Below, in pieces: positions 54,046 to 64,000 of a stretch of 64,000 bases of DNA. The notes beneath the pieces were generated by a model. That model saw nothing but the letters and a program-made list of their open reading frames with translations, searched no databases and was not told where the DNA came from. This DNA comes from an uncultured Caldisericota bacterium (GTDB lineage Bacteria > Caldisericota > Caldisericia > UBA6126): assembly GCA_964427915.1 (NCBI GenBank), contig CAYRWA010000061.1, positions 2,978 through 66,977 of the forward strand, in the 5' to 3' direction. Both the position numbers and the translations under genes were made by a program. The number at the start of each line of letters is the position of its first letter. Within the stretch, counting starts at the first letter, position 1.

Positions 54046-54780
54046 TCACACTTTCCACTCCAAAACTAAATCTAGAAATGATTTGAGCGCAGGTGTAGTT
54101 GGGGCTTGAAACAAATCATCAGAAAGCCCGTATTCTACGATGGTATGTTGTGACAAAAAGAGTAGTTTCTTACAGGCATGTCTAGCAAAGCCCATTTCAT
54201 GGGTTACAATGATAGTTTTTAAACCATCATTTTGCAGTTCTTGAAGCATATCGAGAACACTAGCTGTATATTCGGGGTCGAGAGCAGAAGTTGGTTCGTC
54301 TAGTAACAGCAGTGCAGGCTTAACAGATACCGCGCGTGCAATGGACACCCTCTGTTGTTGGCCACCAGACATTTGATAGGGGAGTTTATTTCGCTGATCA
54401 TGAAGTCTAAAGCGCTCAAATAAGGAATCTGCAATATGGACTGCTTCTTTTCGATCCAACCCCAAAGTTTGAATAAGGGGAAGAATAACATTTTCAAGAG
54501 CGGTCATGTGTTCAAAAAGACCGTTGGATTGAAAAACAAAACCAACTGTTTTATGGTAAGCTTGAAGCGATTTTCGATCAAATCGTACCTGTCTTCCATC
54601 TACAAACAATTCACCATGCGATGGGGGAATTAAGCCACCCATAATACGTAGCAAAGTGGATTTACCACCGCCGGAGGGACCAATAATTGCCAAGGAAGAA
54701 ACATCGTCATGAAAATTGATGTTTTCCAAGGCTGTTTGGTTTTGAAAATACTTTGATATAGCTTTAAATTCTACGTTCAT
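54046..54780 (-). CDS. Polar amino acid ABC transporter, ATP-binding protein
   Basis: Walker A GPSGGGKST. Signature MSGGQQQRV. Walker B LLLLDEPTSALD. H-loop VTHEM. I prefer the ATG at 54780. Confidence 0.9.
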   Translation of the reverse strand: MNVEFKAISKYFQNQTALENINFHDDVSSLAIIGPSGGGKSTLLRIMGGLIPPSHGELFVDGRQVRFDRKSLQAYHKTVGFVFQSNGLFEHMTALENVILPLIQTLGLDRKEAVHIADSLFERFRLHDQRNKLPYQMSGGQQQRVSIARAVSVKPALLLLDEPTSALDPEYTASVLDMLQELQNDGLKTIIVTHEMGFARHACKKLLFLSQHTIVEYGLSDDLFQAPTTPALKSFLDLVLEWKV

Positions 54781-55549
54781 AATGAAATCTTTTTTCCCAT
54801 TTTTTTGAAATTGCAGATACTGCAAAAGTTAATAAAAAGTACAAAAACCCTACAAATATGTAGTTTTCAAACATACGAAAATTATCGGCTGATATTTCTT
54901 GCGTTGTTTGTGTTAGTTCAATAACAGCAATCACTGATAGCAAGGAAGAATCCTTAATGATGGACGAAAATTGCCCAGCTAAAGCTGGTATAATGCGGGA
55001 AAGAACCAGAGGGTAGGTGACAAATCGAAATGTTTGATACGAAGTAAGACCCAACGAAAGAGCAATTTCGTATTTCTGTCGAGCAATACTTTGGATACCT
55101 CCCCGAATTATTTCTGCGATATAGGCTCCTTCAAACAACGATAAAATGACTATTCCAGCAATATAACGGTTGTTCATTCCCCATGCAGTTCCAATAATAT
55201 AGTAAAAGAAGTATATTTGTACCAACAGAGGTGTTCCACGAATAATTTGTACATAGGCTTTGCAGAAATACTGCAAAAAAAGCACTTTGTATTCTTGTCC
55301 CAGTGCTGCTATCAAGCCAATAAACAAACTACCGACTAAGCTTCCAATTGAAATCAAAATTGTCATTAGAAACCCGTGCCAAAGTCGATTTCTATATTGA
55401 AACAATGTTCCAAAATCAAGTTTGAGGCCAATTAGATGAACTGATATCCATACGAACCCTACTAGAACCAGTGCAACAAGGACTGTATGAGATATCTTTT
55501 TAAACTTGCTAGGTAAGATTTCTTTTGTCAGAAATCGTTCTTCTTTCAT
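54764..55549 (-). CDS. Polar amino acid ABC transporter permease (His/Glu/Gln/Arg/opine family)
   Basis: Five or six TM segments. The IRGTPLLVQ and EAA-like loop (AYIAEIIRGGIQSI..QKYEIALSLGL) are typical of the family. Confidence 0.85.
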   Translation of the reverse strand: MKEERFLTKEILPSKFKKISHTVLVALVLVGFVWISVHLIGLKLDFGTLFQYRNRLWHGFLMTILISIGSLVGSLFIGLIAALGQEYKVLFLQYFCKAYVQIIRGTPLLVQIYFFYYIIGTAWGMNNRYIAGIVILSLFEGAYIAEIIRGGIQSIARQKYEIALSLGLTSYQTFRFVTYPLVLSRIIPALAGQFSSIIKDSSLLSVIAVIELTQTTQEISADNFRMFENYIFVGFLYFLLTFAVSAISKKWEKRFHYERRI

Positions 55550-56343
55550 TCACCGAAGAACCACGGAAATCCCAAGGAATCAAAAATCTCTTTTTCTTTC
55601 TGTAAGTATTTTTCTGTGATAACGTCAAAACCGCCATCATTTATAAATAACTCGATGAATTGATTCACTTGATGCAAAAGTTCAGAATTTCCAGCTTTTA
55701 CTGCCATAGCCCAATTTTCTCCTTCTTGAAAAGGAATCAAAATAGCGTCGGTTGTTTCTGGGTGTGATTGGTTTTGTCGATAAATTGTTAATTGATCATA
55801 AATAAAGGCGTCTGCTTTTCCTTGAATGACTTCTGTAACGCACGCATTTTCTGATGTAAAAGAATGTACCTTTGCATCAGCCAAAGAACTGGTTGCAAAA
55901 ATATACCCCGTCGTCCCCTTTTTTACAGCAACAACCCTGTCGTTGTCGTATAAATCTTCAATAGAATGAATACCGCTGGCTTTATTCACCAGTAAAGCTA
56001 AATAAGAATGCGCATAAGGTATTGAAAAATCAACAACTTTGGCTCGATCGTCCGTAGCTGTCATAGAAGAAATAACGATATCAACTTTGCCTGTTTGAAG
56101 AGAGGGGATAAGGCCATCCCAATTAATATTCTCAATGTGTACTTCTTTGCCTAGATACTCTCCCAAAGCATATGCTAAATCGACGCTAACGCCCGTTGGA
56201 TTTCCGGCATCATCTTTGGTTTCAAAAGGTGGATACGCCAATTCCATTCCTACCACCAATGTGTTGGCTTCCTTCTGTCCACATCCAGTTAGCAGTACAA
56301 AAACAAAAAGGAAAGAAAAAACAATACAACAAATCTTTTTCAT
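55546..56343 (-). CDS. Amino acid ABC transporter substrate-binding lipoprotein
   Basis: Lipobox LLTGCG. Type-3 SBP blocks GMELAYPPFE, GFDVDLA-like VSVDLAYALG and DIVISSMTAT. Confidence 0.85.
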   Translation of the reverse strand: MKKICCIVFSFLFVFVLLTGCGQKEANTLVVGMELAYPPFETKDDAGNPTGVSVDLAYALGEYLGKEVHIENINWDGLIPSLQTGKVDIVISSMTATDDRAKVVDFSIPYAHSYLALLVNKASGIHSIEDLYDNDRVVAVKKGTTGYIFATSSLADAKVHSFTSENACVTEVIQGKADAFIYDQLTIYRQNQSHPETTDAILIPFQEGENWAMAVKAGNSELLHQVNQFIELFINDGGFDVITEKYLQKEKEIFDSLGFPWFFGE

Positions 56344-56355
56344 ACAAATTCTCCT

Positions 56356-59300
56356 TTACTCAAGATTGCCCATGAAAACTTTTACAAAGTGGTCTTTTTT
56401 ATCAGTAAGGAGGGGTATCCGATTGCTTTTTGTCGGAAAACCATCCATTGTTATTAATCGTACACCCTTTTGAACCCCCTCGGGATTTAAAACGGTGATT
56501 TTATATTTTGTATCCTGGTAGACATACTCTATGGAATACTCCTTCCAACTTGACGGGATACATGGATTGAGAATAATTTCTTCACTTTGCTTTTGAAAGC
56601 CCAGGATGTATTCAAGCCCTGCTCGATACAACCAAGAAGCGGAGCCCGTATACCATGTCCAACCTCCGCGGCCCGTATTAGGGGGTTGACTATAGACATC
56701 TGCAGCCACTACGTATGGTTCGGTTTTGTACGTTGAGTAATCTTGTATGTTGCTAGTGTGGTGAATAGGATTTAACATGGAAAATATCTCCCATGCTTTA
56801 TTACCAAGCCCCATTTTTGTAAATGCTATCAAAACCCATACTGCTGCATGTGTATACTGTCCGCCATTTTCACGAACACCTGGTATGTATCCTTTGATAT
56901 AGCCTGGTTCAGCCTCGTCTTTGTCAAAGGGAGGAAAGAGTAGTGTGACAATACCATCTTCTCGTAGTACAAGATGATCCTCTACAGACTGCATTGCTTG
57001 AGCTGCTCTTTTTGGATCTGCAGCGCCAGATAATACTGCCCAGCTTTGTGCAATCGAGTCAATTTTACACTCCTTGTTCAAGATGGAACCTAAAGTCATT
57101 CCATTATCAAAATATGCTCTTCGATACCAGTTGCCATCCCAGGCATGTTTTTCAATCGCTTCTTGAATAGAATCCATGATTCGTTTATATTTATTGGCTT
57201 TTCGGTCATCTTTCATTTCTACACACAATGGAATAAAAAGATCGAGAACGGAGTATAAAAACCAACCAAGCCAAACACTTTCGCCCTTGCCCTTATTCCC
57301 TACAGCATTCATTCCATCATTCCAATCCCCAGTACCCATCAGTGGTAAATTGTGTTCTCCAAACTGAAGAGATACTTCGATTGCCCGTAGGCAGTGTTCA
57401 AACAGAGTAGAAGTTTCTTGTGATTGGTTTGGTTTTTCATAGCGTTCTTCTTCATGTTCTTCCAAAGGAAGAGACTCTAAATAGGGGATTTCTTCGTGTA
57501 GGATTTCCATATCACCTGTTATTCGTATATATTCTGCTGTTGCATAAGGAAGCCACAATCGATCGTCTGTAATACGTGTTCGAGTCCCTTTCCCAGAAGG
57601 TTCATGCCACCAATGTTGCACATCACCCTCAATAAACTGACGGTGTGCATGTTTAACAATCTGCAACCGACAAAGAGAAGGATTGATGTGAGCGATAGAA
57701 ATGCAATCTTGCAATTGATCACGAAACCCAAAAGCCCCACCTGATTGGTAGAAAGCAGATCTAGCCCACAATCTGCAGGATATTATCTGATAGGGAAGCC
57801 AGCCATTTATCATGAAATCCATAGTTTCATCAGGTGTTTGGGCTTGAATCTTGTGAGTCGTATCTTTCCAATACTCTTGTACCTCTGTGAGTGTATCTTT
57901 TGTTTTCTTTATCCTTCTATATCGCTGAGATAGACGAGATGCTTCTTTTTTAGTAGACCCCATGCCCAATACAAAAACGAAATCCTTTGTTTCCTCTGGT
58001 TCTAACTGAATTGAACCTTGTATAGCCGCGCATGGATCAAATCCAACACCTACACAACCAGAGAGTTCTTTTTGCAAAAGACTTTCTGGTTCTTCCAGAG
58101 AACCAGATCCAAAAAACTCTTTTCTATTTCCCATTATGCTTACGTTGTCAAGAGACGTGGTCAGAAATGCAACATGACCTGGAAAATCCTCGTTGTATGG
58201 ATTCTCAATCCATACATTGCAAGGGCTGCCCTTTGTTGTACGAATATGAAGAGCTGTATCTTGGTCTGTAACGCCCAACACAGGACGAATATAATTGGTT
58301 ATCCTCAAATTCTTCCTTCGTGTTGTATCGTTTTGCAATGTAACAAGACAAATTTTCGCATTTGCGTTCAAGGGAATAAATTGAATACACTTCTGTCGAA
58401 CACCATGACTGCTATGCTCAAAAATAGAGTACCCAAATCCATGAGTAATTCGATAGGGGACATTTTGGCGAATAGGCAGTGGAGTCATCGACCATAATTC
58501 TCCTGTATCTTCATCGCGAAGATAAAGAATGTCTCCAGGAGGATCGGATACTACATCATTGGACCAGGGTGTTAATTTGTTTTCACGACTGTTTCCAAAC
58601 CAGGTATAAGCAGAACCCAGATCCGACACAATACATCCAAAATTCGGATTGGCAATAACATTACTCCAAGGTGCAGGAGTACAATAATCATGGCGTAATA
58701 TGATTTGATACTCAGTTCCATCTTCATTGAAACCTCCTAGCCCGTTAAAACATCGTAACGATTTCGTTTCAAAATCCAAGGAAGAAGCAGAAGCTGGTGC
58801 TGAATAAGGAACCATTTTCATGGGTGTTTGGTGATCAGGAATAGAAATTTGATCTTCAATAGATCGCACATCACTCTTTAAAACGATTCGTGCTGTTGCA
58901 AAGAGAAGTGGCAAATCCTCGGGAAGAACCGAATGGATATCTAAAATAAAAATATCTTTTCGTTCTTTCGACGTTTGAGCAGTTTGCCTTGAAGAAACGA
59001 TATCCGATACAAGTCGTTTAAGAGGGAGATGATAACTCACTTCTTCATCCACTAGTAGCACTAAATCTACTTTTAAATCCATCAAAAGCCAGTACTCATA
59101 AGCCTGTAAGATATCGTACAAAATATTCATGGGTTCATCTTTTTTCAAATACACTAACACAATTGGTTTATCACCAGATATTCCATATCGCCACAAAGCA
59201 GATTGTCCTTTTTTATTAGCCATAATCTTCTCTGCATACTGTTTTTTAGTAGGGCTTATCATAACAATGTGTGATGCCATATTTTGATACAACTCTACTT

Positions 59301-62300
59301 CTTTGGCATCTAAGCTTAAGTAATCAGTTTCAACATGACTTCTTGTTAGAGCCAACTGAAAGGCAGATTCAACTTCATCTGTTGTCGCATAGCGTTGAAT
59401 CTTTGAAAGAACGGATTCGCGACTAGATCCAACAATAGTAATGAAGGATACAGTGGTTTCTTTCAATGGTTCGAGCTCAATCAATGTTCGCAAGCTCATT
59501 ACAGGATCCAAAACAGCGCCTACAGAATTCGACAAAAAATGACCTTTCTCAATGGAAACTGGATTTTTCACACTATGTCCCCGTCCAATCATTTTCATGC
59601 GATCAGTTTCGTACTGAACATCTCCAACAGCATTCTTTGAAGCGACCACAGAGTGAGCCAACCAACTACCTTTGTCAGTTTCTAGCCTAGGTCTGCGGGT
59701 GGCAAGAATGCAATGCAAATCGGGGCGTGCTTCTGTTTTTACAAACAAATTGCTAAAACATGGATGGGCAATATCGTCAGAATGTTTTGTTAAAACAACT
59801 TCATAATAGCTTGTGATTTCCAAAAGACATTTTTCTTTTCCTGTATTTCGAAATGTTAGGCGACGTATTTCCACGGGCTCTCCGCTGGTAACAACAACCT
59901 CAGTTTGCGTTTCAATAGTACCATCCACTCTTTTGTAAAGAGCTTTATCCGACGTGAATACTACTTGATAGTCCGTGGGTTTCTTCTTTAATGGTGAATA
60001 TGTGGCTGACCAACACTTGTTTGTATTGACGTTTCGTATATAGAAAAACATACCGCAAGAATCCAATGATACATCTTCTCGCCATCTCGTAACAGACATC
60101 ATCTTTGTTTGACTGTATCCTGTTCCCTTATCAGTTAACATAATGGAATAGCTGCCATTGGATAACAAGTGAACCTTAGGAAGAACAGGATTGGGAGAGT
60201 CAAATACGCGAACAGGAGTACTTCGATGAGAAACAATCTTATCATCTGGTTCATAGCTCTTTTTTGCATCCTTTGTAAGGACAAAACTTGCTGGGCTTTT
60301 TTCTTGCAACAAAAGTGAGGCTGAATCCATAGAAGGGTCAAGATGAAATCTCTTTTGCATGGTATTTTCGTGTAAGAAGTTTGCAAGAGCAACTAGGCTC
60401 ATGCCTTGATGATGAGACATATACGTCTTGACAATTTTCCGCTTGTTTCCAAATGTCAATCGTTGCGGAGTATAATCAGCTGCCTCATAAAAACCGTAAG
60501 CACCTTCCAGACCTGCATTTTTTAATGATTCTAAGTTGTCTAAAGCACTTTTTGGATCAACCATTAAAGCTAAAAAAGTTGCATATGGAGTGACTACAGC
60601 ATCTTTCATTAAACCACGCTTCAAACCCAACCAAGGAATACCTATAGCCTTGTATTGATAGTCATGGTTTTTGTCCAGGGAATGAAAAGCAGATTCAGAA
60701 GCACCCCAAGGCATTTTTCGTTGCGCGGCATACTTCTTTTGGCAATGAATAGCAAAAAAGTAGCTTTCATCTAGCAAAGTATGTTTGTATTTCTTCATTA
60801 TAAGGCAAGGCATAAGATATTCAAACATGGTTCCTGTCCAAGAAACCAAGCCCTTGTATCCATCCACTGTCGTAAGTGTTCTATCGAGCCTAAACCAATG
60901 TGTAGAGGGGACAATGCCTTTAGCTATGCAAGCATAACTTGTTTGTCTAGCTTCTGATGCCATGAGATCATAAAAAGAATTGGTGCGTTTTTGCGACTCT
61001 ACTACATACCCTATGGAAAACAGTTGTTTACGTTTGGAATACAAAGGTTTAAAATCCATTGCATCGGCAATTGTATCGATTCTTTTTAGAATGCTTTGAT
61101 AGTGTGACAAGTAATTGTTAGTTCTCTGGATACTTAACCGAAGGCTTTCTTTTACTGAAGAAAGCCATGCAAAACCTTCTTGTAATTCACTAGGTTCTTC
61201 TTTTTGAAGAAGCATCTCGATGATCTCAATTTGACGAATAGATGCTTCATAAAAAGCCGGTAAATCGATAAACGAATGATTTGTTTCAAGTGTTTGACGC
61301 AGCTTGTTAACAAGAGAAACAATGGCAGGGGATACTTTGGATTCGCGAAGATCTAAAGGTATTTTCTTAAACAAACTCATGGTTGGATAGAATTCATGAA
61401 ACTCTTGGTACAGTGCATCTACCATCCCTTTAACCTTCGATTTCCAAGGATTGTCTTTCATTTGATTAAATGCAGGATAATTATTCAGCTGATCAATAAC
61501 TGATTGCCATGATCCAAGATTAATGGGTTCTGCAACAGGAAATGTAAAACACAGCATCATGTCTTTGTTGCATTCTACTCCTTCTTCGCCAGCACATAGT
61601 AAAGTATCACGAATCCCCTGCAAAAGATTAATTTCAAGAAGTGGCTTGTGTAAATATTCTTTCAAACCTTCCCGTAGAGTAATTAAGTACGTCAATAAAT
61701 TGCCACTATCCACTGTTGAAATATAGGTGGGTCGTAAAGATTGTAGTGTCCGAGTATCAATCCAATTAGGAAGGTGTCCATTCCATGTATCAATTGTCTC
61801 CATTGTGGAAATGGTTTTTTCTATGCGATCAATCATGGCCGTTGTTGGAATAAATCCAAAATCTCTTGCTGACAAAACGGAAAGAAGACCTAGTCCAATG
61901 TTGGTTGGGCTTGTTCGATAGGCAAGTCCCCTAGGAGGATCTGTCTGGTAATTATCTGGTGGCAAGTAATGGTTTTTTTCATTCATAAACTCTTCAAAAA
62001 ATCTCCACGTCTTCCGCGCAATGATTCGTAATTCTTGTTGCTTCTGTTTAGGCATACAAATAGTCTCCTCTATATGATCCTTGCTAACCCAATAGCCCAC
62101 AAAGGGAGCTGTTATCCATAAAAACCCCAAACTCATTGCAACGAACTCCAAGGAAGGCTCAAAAAAGAAGGCTACACCACTAAGAATAATGGCTAAAACA
62201 GGACACACACTTAAGGAGGTAAGGTAACGACATACGGTATTTGTCTGGTACTTTTCAACAATGGCAGCAGCTGTCCATTGTAGTGTATTCCTTTTTGTAA

Positions 62301-63987
62301 TATAGACTCGTGCTATTGTTAGGCTAATAGCGTGCAACACAAGAATGGCATAATAGGGCAATAAGATAAGTTGCAATAGCGATTGTAAAAACGTTGCTCT
62401 TAGACCTGAAATTTCAGGCATATAGCTCCTATATTTTCTCTTCCAAAAAGTCGTACTAAAACCTTGCTCCAACAATTGGATAAAAAAGGGGATAAAGATT
62501 GATAGAAATGCTACTATCAATCCCACATACCAGCGTTCTGCTAGAATAGAGAAGGAAGAAAACAATACGAGAAGAAGAGTTGGAGTAATCAAACTTCGTC
62601 GTAAATTGTCAAACATTTTCCATTTGGAAAGCGTTGATAAAGGATTGCGAATAATTTGACCATTTCGATTGCGTATTCGCCTCCAAAGAAATGGAAGAAG
62701 TTGCCAATCCCCACGAATCCATCGATGTACTCTAGATGCATAGGACAAAAGACTAGAAGGGTAGGAATCCATAAAACGTAAATCCGTTACTAGTCCAGTG
62801 CGTACGAAGGATCCCTCTAACAAATCGTGGCTGAGTACTGCATTGTCCGGCAAAGCCATTTTCAATACTTTTTGAAATACCTTCAAATCATAAATGCCTT
62901 TGCCGGTATAAATTCCCTCACCAAAAAGATCCTGATACACATTAGAAATTGCACTTGCATAAGGATCAATGCCTCGTTGGCCAGTAAATATTTCAGAAAA
63001 TAAGGATTTGTTTGCACTTTCCGTTGTAAAATCAATGCGTGGTTGCATGATTGTGTAACCATCAGTGACAATACCTCTTTTTTCATCAATAGAAGGTTGA
63101 TGCAAAGGATGCGCCATGGTTGCAATCAGTTTCTTGGCAGTACCTGGGGGTAAAATAGTGTCGCTGTCAAGGGTAATGATATACTTAACATCAGAAAAGG
63201 GAAGATTCTTGCAAGACATGTGAGAAAAACTAGTTTGTTTGGAACTCAATACTAAATCATTGAATTCAATGAGTGCTCCTCGTTTTCTCTCCCAACCAAT
63301 CCATATATTGTTTTTCTTATTGTATTGACTCTTTCGATGAAAGAAATAAAAAACATCATGATCTTTTTCTTGGCAATACTTCTGATTTAACTCTTCTACG
63401 CCCCGCAATGCTTCTTGCACTATTTTTTCTGCATCTTTGACTTGAGGTTGTATTGCATCTTTGTAGGAACCAAGTAAAGCAAAATACAAATGGTACTCTC
63501 GGTTGGATAAGTAGTGTTTTTCCATCTTTTGTAGTAGTTCGTGAACAGATTCAACATCCGGCAGTAAAGACGGTATTACAACGATGGTGCTTAAAGAAAG
63601 AGGAATCCCTTCTTCAAGAGACAACCTGGGAAACACTGTTGGAGGTAACAGCTTGCAAATAAACCAATGCAAGGTGTGAATCACAATTTCAGAGATAGGT
63701 ACCCACAAAATCAAACTCATGAAAAGTACTTCTAAAATGGGGTAGGGCGAAAAACCCAATGGAATTCCATAGAACAATGCAAGCCCTGTCAATACTAAAG
63801 TCAACGAAGTAATAAGTAAGATATAACACAATGTAATCAAGGGAAGATTCTTTTTTTGGGGAAGGTGTCTTTTCGTACCTTTTTGTCTTTTTACCAATTC
63901 CCTCTTCCCATCCCCTATAATATAGTATCCAACATGATTCTTTTTTTGACTGTTCGATTCTTTCTTGTTTGGGTCTTGCCAGTTCAT
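56356..63987 (-). CDS. Cyclic beta-1,2-glucan synthase-like giant protein (Cgs/NdvB/ChvB architecture: TM + GT84-like glycosyltransferase + central domain + GH94-like phosphorylase)
   Basis: Single 2543-aa ORF. N-terminal TM helices. GT block ITLDSDTILPPG and HRWIRGDWQLL. More TM helices. C-terminal RDQLQD, GDWNDGMN, GESVWLGWF and GGWTWYTGSASW blocks typical of GH94 phosphorylases. Confidence 0.8.
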   Translation of the reverse strand: MNWQDPNKKESNSQKKNHVGYYIIGDGKRELVKRQKGTKRHLPQKKNLPLITLCYILLITSLTLVLTGLALFYGIPLGFSPYPILEVLFMSLILWVPISEIVIHTLHWFICKLLPPTVFPRLSLEEGIPLSLSTIVVIPSLLPDVESVHELLQKMEKHYLSNREYHLYFALLGSYKDAIQPQVKDAEKIVQEALRGVEELNQKYCQEKDHDVFYFFHRKSQYNKKNNIWIGWERKRGALIEFNDLVLSSKQTSFSHMSCKNLPFSDVKYIITLDSDTILPPGTAKKLIATMAHPLHQPSIDEKRGIVTDGYTIMQPRIDFTTESANKSLFSEIFTGQRGIDPYASAISNVYQDLFGEGIYTGKGIYDLKVFQKVLKMALPDNAVLSHDLLEGSFVRTGLVTDLRFMDSYPSSLLSYASRVHRWIRGDWQLLPFLWRRIRNRNGQIIRNPLSTLSKWKMFDNLRRSLITPTLLLVLFSSFSILAERWYVGLIVAFLSIFIPFFIQLLEQGFSTTFWKRKYRSYMPEISGLRATFLQSLLQLILLPYYAILVLHAISLTIARVYITKRNTLQWTAAAIVEKYQTNTVCRYLTSLSVCPVLAIILSGVAFFFEPSLEFVAMSLGFLWITAPFVGYWVSKDHIEETICMPKQKQQELRIIARKTWRFFEEFMNEKNHYLPPDNYQTDPPRGLAYRTSPTNIGLGLLSVLSARDFGFIPTTAMIDRIEKTISTMETIDTWNGHLPNWIDTRTLQSLRPTYISTVDSGNLLTYLITLREGLKEYLHKPLLEINLLQGIRDTLLCAGEEGVECNKDMMLCFTFPVAEPINLGSWQSVIDQLNNYPAFNQMKDNPWKSKVKGMVDALYQEFHEFYPTMSLFKKIPLDLRESKVSPAIVSLVNKLRQTLETNHSFIDLPAFYEASIRQIEIIEMLLQKEEPSELQEGFAWLSSVKESLRLSIQRTNNYLSHYQSILKRIDTIADAMDFKPLYSKRKQLFSIGYVVESQKRTNSFYDLMASEARQTSYACIAKGIVPSTHWFRLDRTLTTVDGYKGLVSWTGTMFEYLMPCLIMKKYKHTLLDESYFFAIHCQKKYAAQRKMPWGASESAFHSLDKNHDYQYKAIGIPWLGLKRGLMKDAVVTPYATFLALMVDPKSALDNLESLKNAGLEGAYGFYEAADYTPQRLTFGNKRKIVKTYMSHHQGMSLVALANFLHENTMQKRFHLDPSMDSASLLLQEKSPASFVLTKDAKKSYEPDDKIVSHRSTPVRVFDSPNPVLPKVHLLSNGSYSIMLTDKGTGYSQTKMMSVTRWREDVSLDSCGMFFYIRNVNTNKCWSATYSPLKKKPTDYQVVFTSDKALYKRVDGTIETQTEVVVTSGEPVEIRRLTFRNTGKEKCLLEITSYYEVVLTKHSDDIAHPCFSNLFVKTEARPDLHCILATRRPRLETDKGSWLAHSVVASKNAVGDVQYETDRMKMIGRGHSVKNPVSIEKGHFLSNSVGAVLDPVMSLRTLIELEPLKETTVSFITIVGSSRESVLSKIQRYATTDEVESAFQLALTRSHVETDYLSLDAKEVELYQNMASHIVMISPTKKQYAEKIMANKKGQSALWRYGISGDKPIVLVYLKKDEPMNILYDILQAYEYWLLMDLKVDLVLLVDEEVSYHLPLKRLVSDIVSSRQTAQTSKERKDIFILDIHSVLPEDLPLLFATARIVLKSDVRSIEDQISIPDHQTPMKMVPYSAPASASSLDFETKSLRCFNGLGGFNEDGTEYQIILRHDYCTPAPWSNVIANPNFGCIVSDLGSAYTWFGNSRENKLTPWSNDVVSDPPGDILYLRDEDTGELWSMTPLPIRQNVPYRITHGFGYSIFEHSSHGVRQKCIQFIPLNANAKICLVTLQNDTTRRKNLRITNYIRPVLGVTDQDTALHIRTTKGSPCNVWIENPYNEDFPGHVAFLTTSLDNVSIMGNRKEFFGSGSLEEPESLLQKELSGCVGVGFDPCAAIQGSIQLEPEETKDFVFVLGMGSTKKEASRLSQRYRRIKKTKDTLTEVQEYWKDTTHKIQAQTPDETMDFMINGWLPYQIISCRLWARSAFYQSGGAFGFRDQLQDCISIAHINPSLCRLQIVKHAHRQFIEGDVQHWWHEPSGKGTRTRITDDRLWLPYATAEYIRITGDMEILHEEIPYLESLPLEEHEEERYEKPNQSQETSTLFEHCLRAIEVSLQFGEHNLPLMGTGDWNDGMNAVGNKGKGESVWLGWFLYSVLDLFIPLCVEMKDDRKANKYKRIMDSIQEAIEKHAWDGNWYRRAYFDNGMTLGSILNKECKIDSIAQSWAVLSGAADPKRAAQAMQSVEDHLVLREDGIVTLLFPPFDKDEAEPGYIKGYIPGVRENGGQYTHAAVWVLIAFTKMGLGNKAWEIFSMLNPIHHTSNIQDYSTYKTEPYVVAADVYSQPPNTGRGGWTWYTGSASWLYRAGLEYILGFQKQSEEIILNPCIPSSWKEYSIEYVYQDTKYKITVLNPEGVQKGVRLITMDGFPTKSNRIPLLTDKKDHFVKVFMGNLE

Positions 63988-64000
63988 AGTAGCAGATTCT

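Overview
Visibly AT-rich bacterial chromosomal segment with standard stop-codon usage. I call about 55 protein genes and 2 singleton tRNA-Arg genes. I recognised no rRNA, CRISPR array, transposase, integrase or phage genes. The gene content fits an anaerobic fermenter, but the taxon cannot be assigned from the sequence alone.

Gene order, left to right:
- A 5'-truncated S8 protease carrying cohesin-like and dockerin modules, followed by an NHL-repeat wall protein with a cohesin-like module.
- Two paralogous NapH-type membrane polyferredoxins flanking a phosphohexomutase gene.
- A GNAT-like gene and an HtrA protease.
- An operon of Fe-S protein, buk, ptb, buk and a P-loop NTPase.
- tRNA-Arg(CCG).
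- A division cluster without ftsA: FtsQ-like, ftsZ, an MFP-like unknown, yggS, sepF.
- An ECF sigma / anti-sigma pair.
- Housekeeping genes: guaB, HAD nucleotidase, ddl, pyrG, uvrA, ahcY, smpB.
- A large multi-SH3b amidase, then tRNA-Arg(ACG).
- tldD/pmbA, an O-antigen-ligase-like protein, pyrF, pyrE, thyX.
- A 10-gene, roughly 8-kb [FeFe]-hydrogenase operon.
- On the minus strand: a GT4 glycosyltransferase, an RRM RNA-binding protein, mntP, an interrupted lipoprotein gene, an amino-acid ABC importer, and a 2543-aa cyclic beta-1,2-glucan-synthase-like protein.

The most unusual region is the hydrogenase operon (42000-50064). It has tandem NuoE/NuoF modules. Two of its three thioredoxin-like [2Fe-2S] modules have lost all four Cys ligands. 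The HydA L1 motif reads TSCSPGW instead of TSCCPxW. DRTGG and HATPase genes of unassigned function are embedded in the operon.

Other points worth a second look:
- A recurrent leaderless-mRNA signature at operon heads.
- A possible non-cellulosomal cohesin-dockerin protease complex.
- A lipoprotein gene split by an in-frame TAA followed directly by a hairpin.
- A ThyX with RFR in place of the RHR signature.

All functional calls come from motif and pattern recognition by eye. No database search was run.
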